A stretch of 63,735 nt of DNA, filler included, from Octopus bimaculoides (lineage: Eukaryota): NCBI RefSeq assembly GCF_001194135.2. It is 7 parts of 6 records of this genome, joined end to end, with 100 filler letters (N's around TTAATTAATTAA, not from the genome) between each part and the next. Parts side by side here need not be neighbours in the genome. Positions count along the whole stretch, not along the records: positions 1 to 20,138 come from NC_068989.1; positions 20,239 to 29,343 come from NC_068981.1; 5 more parts are not named here. One strand, written 5' to 3'. The notes beneath the pieces are model-generated. The model had not been told where the DNA came from. It searched no databases and saw only the letters and a program-made list of their open reading frames with translations. The translations under genes and the position numbers were made by a program. This document shows, one piece after another, positions 13,400-24,930 of the stretch (positions within the stretch are counted from its first letter, which is position 1; each line of letters opens with the position of its first letter).

Positions 13400-13769
13400 T
13401 AGTGAAGGCGCATGGCTCAGTGGTTATCTATACATATGCATACACACACCCATACATATACATACACATTATCATATATTTACACACATATGTATGAATA
13501 TAACATGTGTATAATTCATTGAGTGATTGGCATAGACATATTCATACTTAGAAGAAAATTAATATGGCGACAATAAAACATATATAGCGTTCTGTGTGTA
13601 TAAGTATTTCTTTATTTCTTTATGTCTTCATATATCCGTTAAAACAGCGAGAAACGTCTGTACATTTACGTTTTTATATTTAAAAAAAATGTATTCCAGC
13701 AATCTTGTAGTTAACATATCTGAAAGAATTGAAATTATAACAACAACAATAATAATAAAAAAGAAGAAT

Positions 13770-14010
<241 letters not shown>

Positions 14011-14176
14011 CGGTTTGAACATAGTGGTAACTTTATAACACTAATACTACAATATCATAATGAAAATATTCATAACAAATAGTGTTATGGTAATTGTTTC
14101 TATGTCTACAAATGATGTAATGATAATAACAACGATAACATCTTTCAAATAATAATAATAATAATAATAATAATAA

Positions 14177-14360
14177 TTTCTAAGTCTGGCAGAATGCCAG
14201 AACCGTGTATGTGTGTTAGTGTAGTGAGTATAGTCAATTTAATAGACTTTATCATAAACTTCGCTTTCATTTTGTTTAATGTTTTCAGTTATCGGACCCA
14301 GGAGGATAAAAGTCAAAGCCGAGATCAGAAATGGTATGAACTCAGAATGTATAAAGACTA
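14177..14360 (-). mobile_element. SINE family A, degenerate
   Basis: 'ggaggataaaagtcaaagccgagatcagaaatggtatgaactcagaatgt' resembles 'aggatgaaaggcaaagtcgacctcggcggaatttgaactcagaacgt'; abuts (TAA)n. Confidence 0.55.
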
Positions 14361-14499
14361 TTGACTAAATAGCAGCAGAAAAAAAAAATGAACTCGTCAC
14401 GAGACCCATTTTTTGTTCCATCTGTCGCCCCATTTAATAATGATAGTAACAATAATCTTATTATTATATATTATTATTATCATTATTATTAATAATAAT

Positions 14500-14554
14500 A
14501 ATAAAAACAACAACACCAACAACAACAATAATAATGATGGTGATAATAATAATA

Positions 14555-14608
<54 letters not shown>

Positions 14609-14610
14609 GT
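14500..14610. repeat. (AAT)/(AAC)n microsatellite
   Basis: Read directly from the sequence. Confidence 0.95.
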
Positions 14611-14753
14611 AATGTCAATACTTCATTTGCCTATACATGTTCCATTCAATTCAATTTCTATTGAGATAAAAAGTTGTACAGCGAATGCAATTACACCGTA
14701 TTGCATCCTACAATACACATTATAAAGATATGTACATGCACCCATGTATATGT

Positions 14754-14820
<67 letters not shown>

Positions 14821-15489
14821 TAGATAAATATATATATGTATATAGTTTATAGATTAGAAATAGGTATTCTCCGTATAGAATACACTTCGTAGCACTCAAG
14901 AGATTTGAACTTGAGCAGGTTGAATAATAAATGTAAGGACAAACAAGTTAGGCAAGTCGATATAGAAAAAAATATTAATTATATTGAATACAAAAAATGT
15001 ACATACGTATGCATATGGAAAAGTCCGACTTACACAGAAAATAGATGCTAAATGTTGGACTCGTACTCAACTCCTTAAGTTCCTGATATCGGACTTTTTT
15101 AAATACACATTTTTTTTTCGTATTCAAGTTATTTAATCTCTTTGTATCGATCTACCTAGCTTGCTTCTCCTTACATTTACCCATAGGACACCTAGCACGC
15201 TAGAAGGAGTAGCCAAAATCCAAACCGTGATTAGGGATAAATTTCGAAGGCAATGAAAAATAAAAACATTTACCATCTATCTCCTGGACTATGATCCCGA
15301 ACTCTAAATTTGCAAATAAAGCAAATTGCTAGGCGGAGCTCTCATCAGCAGGAGCGCCAGGGTTAACATATAAATATCTGATAGCGTGCTAGGTCTCCTA
15401 TGATGGTCACCTGTTATATGTTTAAATGTACTCTGTATATACATATATATATATATATATATGAGAGAATATAGAAATAATAACAACAG

Positions 15490-15665
15490 ACGAGGTCAGG
15501 TGGTGTAAATAACAAAAGTATATATTAGTATGACGCTCGGGAATACGGAAAGTCTTTGACGTTTCGAGCTACGCTCTTCAACAGAAAGAATACGGAGACA
15601 AGGAGAAAAACACGGAGAAAAAAAAAATTGAATAGTGTTCAGTCAACGGTCAATCATAATATATA
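15490..15665 (-). mobile_element. Penelope-like element terminal-repeat fragment carrying a degenerate hammerhead fold
   Basis: Similar to 17690-17880 ('tattagtat.acgctcgggaat..aaagtcttt.ac.tttc.agc'); minus strand has CTGTTGA-stem-GAAACGTC. Confidence 0.55.
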
Positions 15666-15881
15666 TGNNNNNNNNNNNNNNNNNNNNNNNNNNNNNNNNN
15701 NNNNNNNNNNNNNNNNNNNNNNNNNNNNNNNNNNNNNNNNNNNNNNNNNNNNNNNNNNNNNNNNNNNNNNNNNNNNNNNNNNNNNNNNNNNNNNNNNNNN
15801 NNNNNNNNNNNNNNNNNNNNNNNNNNNNNNNNNNNNNNNNNNNNNNNNNNNNNNNNNNNNNNNNNNNNNNNNNNNNNNNNN

Positions 15882-15936
<55 letters not shown>

Positions 15937-16482
15937 GTATGTATCGAAATATACTTAAGATTAAAAGTGTAATTAATTACTTTATTGCACGTCTTAGCGA
16001 GGTACCAGCCTTTGTCCAATTATATTTGCTCACCATCCAGCGCATCCATGGCTACCCCAGGATGGGTTATTTTTCGTAACATTCAGAGAAAACATGTCTG
16101 CTTAATCGCTGCATTCTTCCTAAGAAACCACTCCGTATTTAATAGACAGCAATTTTAGTAATTAACAATTAATTAGTTAATAATTAATTGGTTATTCCAT
16201 CTCGTTTGATTATCTTCGCAGATGACATCTTTTTTTTTTATTGTTATTCTTTTATGTACCCTTTTTCCATTCTCATAATGTCAGAATACTTATTTCTGAC
16301 AAATATTCAGGGTCATCTATTTCAGTGCAGATGTAATAGATTAACATGAAACCAGGGTATGAGACTGGTTTGGGATGTGGCTTGTTTTTATAAAATCAGA
16401 ATATCAGTGAGTATAACCGTAGACAGCAAAACTATTCAACGACTATCAAGTGACTTTGAAATATTTATTATTATTATTATTG

Positions 16483-16792
16483 TTCAGTAGTTTTATTTTT
16501 ATAACGTGCTTTCACTTCACTACCGAGCGCAGCTCTGTGCGCTTTGGGTATGTGCTGTGGTTTGCTGTGGTGCTCTTATGTTTACTGTATTGAAAGTGTT
16601 TTGCGTAGAATGTGTGCAGTACCCAGTACTGCAATTTTCTGTATGTTATATATATTTGTAAGTCCTGATATTTTTGTTATGTATTTGTCTGAATATTTTT
16701 TTATTATACCTAAGGCACCTACTATGATAGGAATTGTTTCTGTTTTTAGATTCCACATTCGAGTTATCTCTATTTCCAGGTCTTTGTATTTT
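16483..16792 (-). mobile_element. R4/Dong-like element (same young family as 10016-10431), flanked by (TAA)n on both sides
   Basis: KYKDLEIEITRMWNLKTETIPIIVGALGIIKKY...IQKIAVLGTAHILRKTLSIQ*; by eye about 90% identical to the 10 kb copy. Confidence 0.9.
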
Positions 16793-16793
16793 G

Positions 16794-16863
<70 letters not shown>

Positions 16864-17145
16864 CATAAAACTAAAAGAGGAAAGATAATGGTAGGATAAA
16901 ACTGCGCGTTTCATGTAAACACCGTGTCGTTATTTGCCCGCAGCCATAGTGTCAGCTCCTCACCAACATCCTCCTCCCTCCTCCTCCTCCTCTGCCTCCT
17001 TCTCTGCCACCTCCTCTGCTTCCTCCTTCTCTTCCTAATCATCAGTAACATCATCAAAATTTTCATCATCATCATCGCCTCATCATTATCACCTTCATCA
17101 TCCTCAGCATCGCCATTGTCGTCGTCGTCATCATCATCATCATCA

Positions 17146-17182
<37 letters not shown>

Positions 17183-17376
17183 CATCATCATCATTATCAT
17201 TATTAGACGACTTGACTCAAGCTTCGTATTCTCCTTGCTAGAACCTATGTGTCCATATGCTCAAATCCAGTCTGGTCATCTTGACAAACAATTTAGAAAG
17301 GTGTTGACAATAGGTATGGAACCCACCACCCGAAAGCTGAAATTAACCGCTTTTACTAAAGGAGAAGCCAGGCCGG

Positions 17377-17427
<51 letters not shown>

Positions 17428-17689
17428 GTTATTATTATTGGCATTGCCTGATCGATCGTACGTATACCTGACATTTACGAACAACGATGTAATGAAAAAG
17501 GAATCGTCAAATGTTTCTGCGTATGCAGACATACATCCATACATCCATAAATACATACATACATAAATATATATAAGCATATGTATGTATGTATGTATGT
17601 ATGTGTGTAAATGTAAATCTGTATATATGTATTTATGTATACAAATGTATACATATATACATGTATAATTCTACATATATATATGTATA

Positions 17690-17880
17690 TATAGGGAGAA
17701 TTTACAAAAAAACAAAAGACGAAGACATGTAATACAGAAAAAAAAACCCAGATGTATTAGTATAACGCTCGGGAATTGAAAAAGTCTTTAACATTTCTAG
17801 CCTAGGACCTTCCACATAATGGAACAAAGAAAGAAACAAGGAGAGAAAAAAATGTGTGTAGTGGCTAGCGATCTATCATG
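17690..17880 (-). mobile_element. Second, more decayed copy of the Penelope-like terminal repeat
   Basis: Similar to 15490-15665. Confidence 0.45.
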
Positions 17881-17884
17881 GCGA

Positions 17885-17920
<36 letters not shown>

Positions 17921-18554
17921 GTATACATGTATATATTTATATATATATATATATTTATATNNNNNNNNNNNNNNNNNNNNNNNNNNNNNNNNNNNNNNNN
18001 NNNNNNNNNNNNNNNNNNNNNNNNNNNNNNNNNNNNNNNNNNNNNNNNNNNNNNNNNNNNNNNNNNNNNNNNNNNNNNNNNNNNNNNNNNNNNNNNNNNN
18101 NNNNNNNNNNNNNNNNNNNNNNNNNNNNNNNNNNNNNNNNNNNNNNNNNNNNNNNNNNNNNNNNNNNNNNNNNNNNNNNNNNNNNNNNNNNNNNNNNNNN
18201 NNNNNNNNNNNNNNNNNNNNNNNNNNNNNNNNNNNNNNNNNNNNNNNNNNNNNNNNNNNNNNNNNNNNNNNNNNNNNNNNNNNNNNNNNNNNNNNNNNNN
18301 NNNNNNNNNNNNNNNNNNNNNNNNNNNNNNNNNNNNNNNNNNNNNNNNNNNNNNNNNNNNNNNNNNNNNNNNNNNNNNNNNNNNNNNNNNNNNNNNNNNN
18401 NNNNNNNNNNNNNNNNNNNNNNNNNNNNNNNNNNNNNNNNNNNNNNNNNNNNNNNNNNNNNNNNNNNNNNNNNNNNNNNNNNNNNNNNNNNNNNNNNNNN
18501 NNNNNNNNNNNNNNNNNNNNNNNNNNNNNNTATATATATATATATATATATATG

Positions 18555-19045
18555 TAACTGCTCAGCTACTGGGAAAGGCTGAAATAGCTAAGACTACTCT
18601 CTGGAGCGAAGGCGGGAGAGGTCTGCAGTAATATAGATCTGGAAGATCCTGGAAGGAATTGTGTCAAATTTTGGCATTGAAAACTTCACCAATGCCAGAA
18701 CGGATCGGCACTGCATAGTGTGAAAGATCCCATCGCGCTTCAGGACCAGTTACTGCAACACACTGGGTTTCAGGGGCCCACAACTTTTCAATATTCTCCC
18801 AAGGTGCCTGAGGAACCTGCACAAAGTAGATGTAGGCGTTTTAAAATCAAGACTGGACCTCTTCCTGTCGCGAGTCCCAGATGAACCTACCTCACGGCAA
18901 GAGGTGCAAATGAGGGTAGCTACATCAAACTCCATTCTTCACCAAGTGCCACATGTTGGAGGAGGCTCTCAGTAATAACAGTGTAGCAAAATGGTGGTGC
19001 ATCAGCATGGCCGCAGCTCTGAGCTGAAGCTACAGAAAAATAAAA
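18555..19045 (+). mobile_element. CR1/L2-group LINE 3' end (ORF2 C-terminus plus 3' UTR with terminal hairpin)
   Basis: LERRRER...IWKILEGIVSNFG...GFRGPQLFNILPRCLRNL...KSRLDLFLSRVPDEP...RVATSNSILHQV, typical of CR1/L2-group C-termini. Confidence 0.8.
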
Positions 19046-19285
19046 ATATATATAAGTGCGTGTGAGTGTGCATGCATTCATGAACTCATGTATGTGTTTC
19101 TACGTGTGTATTTACCATGTGTAATTAATTTTCGTTAATATATAAAAATAATATAGCCCTTGATGGAAACGTTGAGTAACACATGTAATTATAGGGAATG
19201 AAAACGATACTAAAGTTTGTTAGACTGATATCTTTCCTCGTATTGTTCTGCACCAATTCACGTGTTCGAAAACATGAATTTTAAG

Positions 19286-19328
<43 letters not shown>

Positions 19329-19669
19329 GCTTCTATACCCATTGAACAACTTTGAGTGACCAATATTGCGATGTGGGATGCAATTTATTCCGTCCTGCGT
19401 AGAATATCTCAGATGATATCTTTCAAGTATTGGATAATACATTTGAAACTCCTCGTAATCTCCAGTCTGCGCGTTCCTTCCAAACATATCTATGAGGGAA
19501 AGAGTAAGAGACGCATTTTATAATCTAGTACAGTACTAGCATGGATATGAAAAGTATAATTATTCACCCATCCGCTAACATTAAGTATGCTTCTACCTCA
19601 GTACGTGTACATACATACATACATACATACATACATACATACATGCATACATAAATACACACAGGAAAA

Positions 19670-19722
<53 letters not shown>

Positions 19723-19737
19723 TTATATATATATAAT

Positions 19738-19875
19738 GAAGGCGCGTAGCTTAATGGTTAGGTTATTCGGATCTCCATCATTAGGTTGTGAGTTCAATTA
19801 CCCTGAGCGAATTCTGTTTTTGAACAAGACACTTTTTTTCAAGTTCTTCCAGTCAACTCAGCTCGCAAGAATGAG
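19738..19875 (+). mobile_element. tRNA-derived SINE head, degenerate
   Basis: A-box-like 'tagcttaatggtta' and B-box-like 'gagttcaattacc', followed by 'ttgaacaagacactt'. Confidence 0.55.
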
Positions 19876-19904
19876 TTGTACTTGTATTTCAAACGGTGTT
19901 CATT

Positions 19905-19985
19905 AAGTTTCCGTCTACAGAATTCACTCACAAGGCTTTGGTCGGCCCGAGGCTATAGTAAAAGACACTTGCCAAAGGTGCCATA
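19905..19985 (-). mobile_element. SINE family B (CORE-like) internal fragment
   Basis: Reverse complement of 'ggcaccttgggcaagtgtcttctactatagcctcgggccgaccaaagccttgtgagtg'. Confidence 0.8.
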
Positions 19986-19997
19986 TTTTCCCTATTT

Positions 19998-20053
19998 GTC
20001 TCTGATGACGGAATATCTCATACACGGGGATATTTCAGAAACAGCTGTAAGAC
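19998..20053 (+). ncRNA. Minimal type I hammerhead ribozyme motif (Penelope-type)
   Basis: GUCU-CUGAUGA-C-[10-bp stem II]-A-GAAA-CAGCUG-UA/AGAC: both catalytic boxes intact, palindromic stem III ACAGCUGU, 4-bp stem I. Confidence 0.7.
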
Positions 20054-20138
20054 TTTAAATTTTTTCCAGTAATAATATTGTATTCGACTTGAGATGTTTG
20101 CCTAGCTTTAACGTTTGCTATCTTCTTTAACAATTACA

Positions 20139-20238
20139 NNNNNNNNNNNNNNNNNNNNNNNNNNNNNNNNNNNNNNNNNNNNTTAATTAATTAANNNNNN
20201 NNNNNNNNNNNNNNNNNNNNNNNNNNNNNNNNNNNNNN
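20139..20238. other. Artificial 100-bp gap spacer N44-TTAATTAATTAA-N44
   Basis: Identical constructs at 29344, 42590, 49710, 56790 and 61413; the 12-mer puts stops in all six frames. Confidence 0.9.
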
Positions 20239-20795
20239 ATATATATATATATATATATAGTGAGAGAGAGAGGCAGACAGACCGACAGAGATCGGTATGC
20301 ATATATATATTGTAAAACTGTAAAATCAAGTTGCAATTTTTATATTCCTTTCAAAAGAAGGGCCGCATTTGTTGAATTTAATTCCCATAGCTGTATATTT
20401 TATAATGTACTGGAAGATTACTAAACCTATTGCTAATAACCTTCTGCAAAGGTCAGAAACATTCGTGAAATCGAACGTACTGTGTCGTTTCAGAGCAAGG
20501 CCGAAATACATGTATTGGAACTATGATTAAGTGTATGTTGCTATATTCATAAAACACCTATCAAATTCAGACACCCAACATAATCACGCGGACAATCCCA
20601 CAAACACCCAGACACACACTTATGCAAGTATACAAACACATGTTCAAAGGTTTTAGTAAATCACATAAAGTAATTTAATCAAAGTCGTACTTGAGTTTAC
20701 TTTGAGATAGTCACCGTGTTTCATAGATTTAGCTCCTCATAGGGTGTAGATAAAATAGTGGTACGTTTGAATGTAAACGCGTATATATGTATAAG

Positions 20796-21184
20796 CTCGT
20801 GGAGGCGCAATGGCCAAGTGGTTACGGCAGCGGATTCGCGGTCATAGGATCGCGGTTTTAATTCCCAGACCGGGCGTTGTGAGTGTTCATTGAGCTAAAG
20901 CTCCACCTAAAGCTCCATGAGGCTCCGGCAGGGGATGTTGGTGAACCTTGCTGTACTCTTTCAGCACAACTTTCTCTCACTCTTACTTCCTGTTTCTGTT
21001 GTGCCTGTAATTCAAAGGGTCAGCCTTGTCACACTGTGTCACACTGAATATCCCCGAGAACTACGGTAAGGGTACACGTATCTGTGGAGTGCTAAGCCAC
21101 TTGCACGTTAATATCCCGAGCAGGCTGTTCCGTTGATCGGATCAACTGGAACCCTCGATGTCGTAAGCGACGGAGTGCCAACAC
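20796..21184 (+). mobile_element. Near full-length tRNA-derived SINE (tRNA-Arg-like head; possibly the octopus OR type)
   Basis: A-box TGGCCAAGTGG, anticodon-like arm 'cggattcgcgg', B-box-like GGTTTTAATTCCC, about 300-nt body and a 3' hairpin 'gttccgttgatcggatcaactggaac'. Confidence 0.7.
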
Positions 21185-21219
21185 TGTATAAGTTCACACA
21201 CACAAACACGCATACAAAT

Positions 21220-21265
<46 letters not shown>

Positions 21266-21799
21266 GCGTACAAATACTCTCTGTCAATCTCTTTCACACA
21301 CACGTACATAAAGACATGTACAGAGAGCGAAAGTCAGATTGGTATAGGACATTCCTTCATGATTTTCATTGACACTCGCACAGTAACTGCCAAGTAATAA
21401 TATAATCGTTTGACTAATGTAACTTTATGGATTTAATCCCAAAGTACGCTGTTTTGAAATAGCGTAAAAAATATTGTTACACAACCGTTATGTCCTTGGC
21501 TATTCAACGCCAGCCTCTTTGACATCAGAAACTTTATAAGCAATACATTTTCACACCGAGAATATTGTGATTTTATTCCAGTTATCATCAAATTTCTAAG
21601 ATGTTCTGCAAACAACTTGCACGCGCAAGTGCTACCAGTCGTGAACTCCGCATACCTGAAGCCAGCAAGTGTAGGGGTCATCAAGAGAGAATGCGCGCCG
21701 TTTCAGGGCCTACCTGTCGACAGCATGTTGCGCACCACCCCCCCCACTCACGGATATGACACCCCGCTTGTTAGATGAAATGGTTATTAAATATAGCTC

Positions 21800-22700
21800 A
21801 ATATTCCTGTAGCCATCGCTGATCATCTCTTTTTAACCAAATCCATTGGCTAGCCTTCTCCACTGTAGTTTGGATATCGGTCATGGTGGTATTTACTTTA
21901 CGATGAGTTAGGCCGAGCAATACCAACAGTCGTCTCACATAATGTCTACCCACTCCAAATAATTACTGAGCTTGTTAACATTCCCAGTTTCTCCACTGTA
22001 GAGCCTGTCATTTTATAAAGAGTTCGACATACCTTGATTTCAAACTCTTTATATTTCCCTTTCTCATAAGCAGTATGCCACAAATCCCTCGGTTTCCTCC
22101 GCATTCTATTTGGTGCACCAGTTACATAACCTGCAGTTTCTTGTCGGGAAAGGGCTTTGCTGTAGCAGTTATCAATCGACTGTGGTCTGATTCCGGGGAT
22201 GATTTGCCACGTGTTTTACGATCAGATCATCCACACTGCTCTGTCCTCTTCTTACAAGTCTTTCTCTAATGTACCTTCAGGCCTCTCACGGCTGTAAAGG
22301 TCTTACAGCACAGCTTGCATCCAAAGTTGTTTGCACGTCGTTCGCTGTTAGAATGATTAGTCGTACTCGTATACAAGGTAATTTCTGTGTTTACTGGGTT
22401 TGATTGATTCTCTACTCCCCACTCTCGGTCATTCGTGGGGCTGTCATTCTCATTGGCATCTGTTACAATATATTACAAAGGTGAGGATTGTAAGTCCGCA
22501 GCTTCTGCCAGTCTTTCCTGGTGTCGATAGTCTTTCTCATTGTCTGCTCGTCTTTCCGAGCAGTCCTCTTGTCTTTCCAAGATACCTAACCGTCTTTCCG
22601 GTCTGTCAGTGGCTGAATTTTTTATAATTAAGTCGGAGGAGACGATCCTGCAGAATTGGTTGCACAGGGGAATAGCGGTAATTCATCAGTCCTTACGTTC
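21800..22700 (-). mobile_element. HERO-like RLE retrotransposon, N-terminal region with zinc finger, degenerate
   Basis: Minus strand GCKLCCKTFTAVRGLKVH*RKTC (CxxC..H..C), then SSPESDHS and RDLWHTAYEKGKYKEFEIKVCRTL...KLGML, resembling HERO N-termini from recall. Confidence 0.45.
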
Positions 22701-23403
22701 TATGTTTTGATCCGCCCGAGGCAGCCTTTGCATTTCAACCTTCTGGGAGCGATGTCATGAGTAACATTTATGCACTAGGGCCGACACATTCATTAAGCCC
22801 CTCACTCCATGCTTTGTATCTAGAATCGGATACCTTATAGATGTTAAATCGATGAATGCATTGACAATTATTATAGAGCACATACGCCTGTGTGCGAGTG
22901 TGTGCGCGTATAGTTCATTGCAGGGACATATGGTTATTTTCACGAACACACACACGCACGGGCACGCACACACACACACACACACACACACCCACGCACA
23001 CACACACATGCATATATGTATAAGTCCATGTTTATCGTAGATGTCCTTTCCCTATAGAAACATTGAAATATACATAAATCGATCAATGCTGTAGTTATTT
23101 GAGTGATAAATTTTTACTATGTAATTAGTGCGGAAGGACAAAGAAATCCTATCGCTTAATGAATGCCCGTCATATATTTCTCTGAAATTACTATGTTTTC
23201 ATCCGTATATTGATACTACAAACCATATTGTGAACTTCCAGAAGTAGGTATCGAACGGTACCTTGAGGAATTCTGAACCATACACAGCACTGTCTAGGAA
23301 AACATCTCACTCTCAATACGCGAATAATTTTATACTAAGATGATGCTTACAGATTTAGTATTCGCTTTAAAGTAAAAGACGGACAGAATTGGCCAGAACT
23401 TAA

Positions 23404-24057
23404 AGTGCTTCATGGACAGCACTTCATATTTGCTATGAATATAACTCATGGATATTAAAGCTAAGCTCTAAACCTTTCGCCATACCTCATACCAGCATTG
23501 CTGAAGTCGATTTCATCCTAGCCCACATAAGATCTATAGCAACAAAGGTTCACTTGCAGGAAAACTATTTTTTTAATGTTATCAGAATTCTATCTTGAGA
23601 ATACCAGACACGTTACTGGAAGATCATTTTAGCAACCAACGATAATACGGAATAGCTTAACTGGGAAAGAATAGCAGCTGATATAGAACAGATTTCCTCG
23701 CCCCTTATTATAGTCTTTGGAGAAAAGAATATCGATGTTGTATACAATGCACTAACTACTGACATAAGAAATATATCACTGCAATTAATTCCAAAGAAGA
23801 GAAAGAACATACTAATCTTTGCTTCGTATGAGAATGCAATATTGGTCACAAAGGATTCTCAGAAAGTATCAAGAATTATAACTATCAAGTATGAAGTTCA
23901 CTATGATTACCAGAAGAATATTGATATCTCTTCTGAAAAGAATCCACGTTTAACACTACATTTTCTTGACAAATCTGTTTTTCCTTTTCTTGTTCACAAG
24001 TTTCTACCCATGGAAAAAGATAGCGTAACAATATCCATTCAAAAGAAAAGTTGGTGA
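23404..24057 (+). pseudogene. Candidate decayed coding exon(s), product unknown (weak resemblance to an iGluR/IR amino-terminal domain)
   Basis: One frame of 218 codons with only two internal stops (23596, 23653); donor-like G/GTGAG at 24053/24054. Confidence 0.3.
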
Positions 24058-24854
24058 GGTGATGAACTTATAATATCGCTGTGTTGTTGGAAAATCTGTA
24101 AATTTATACTTTTAATATTAACTAGCTGTTTACCAAAATATTCATTAGCGCAAGAGATCGTTTCAACATATTATATGTTGATGACTATATTGAATTTGTA
24201 TTATTTGCGAAAATGCGTTTATTTGTTAACAAATATTTTGGTAGCGAAAGTTATTAATTTGAAGAGAAAGCAGAAGTACTCCATAGTTACTGTCTCTGAT
24301 ACTGTGGAAATAGTATTTGCGTCGATTATTTAGTATTTAATAAATATTGCCCTGAAAACCAATTTTCATTATGAATTGATTACAATAATTTGAAATATTG
24401 TTGAAGAATGATTATGAAATGTTATAAAAAAAACAAATAGTAATTTTCATCACAATTTGGTTAATTTGGCCAGCGGCGTTTCCATTTTATATTAATATAT
24501 TTCATTTAGTTTGCCGTACAGACTGTTTCCAGTAGCTATTATTCATGTTATGTCTAAAATAACCACAATATGTTGACCATTTTAAACTTGAGATAAAAGT
24601 GTATTCACAATGCACAATCATGAATCTTAATAATCATAAAATATTCAATCACAAATAATTTAACGAAATGTTTTCAAAGATACTAAAGTACAAAAAATGT
24701 AGGATTTCGCTGCATAAACTCATGCATGTAATGTTTGCAGTTGTTTAATATATTTAAAACTATTATTACAAGCTAAACATCACTGACGTCGAATAAGTAG
24801 TAAGAAGTTCATTTATAGTAATACACTTCTTATTTCCAAATTTCTGTTATGAAC

Positions 24855-24930
24855 GGTGATGGTGGTGGTGGTGGTGGTGGCGGCGGCGGAGGCGGCGGCG
24901 GCGGCGGCGGCGGTGGTGGTAGCGGTGGTG
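24855..24930. repeat. (GGT)/(GGC)n microsatellite
   Basis: Read directly; an unusually CpG-rich tract for this window. Confidence 0.95.

Noticed and set aside
13404-13428. tRNA-like sequences here and at 19738, 20796, 33240, 39545 and 50900
   Set aside because: They lack complete cloverleaves and continue into repeat bodies; they are SINE heads, not tRNA genes.
15020-15100. 10-bp inverted repeat aaaagtccga...tcggactttt
   Set aside because: Too short and single-copy, with no target-site duplication, to call a MITE or terminator.
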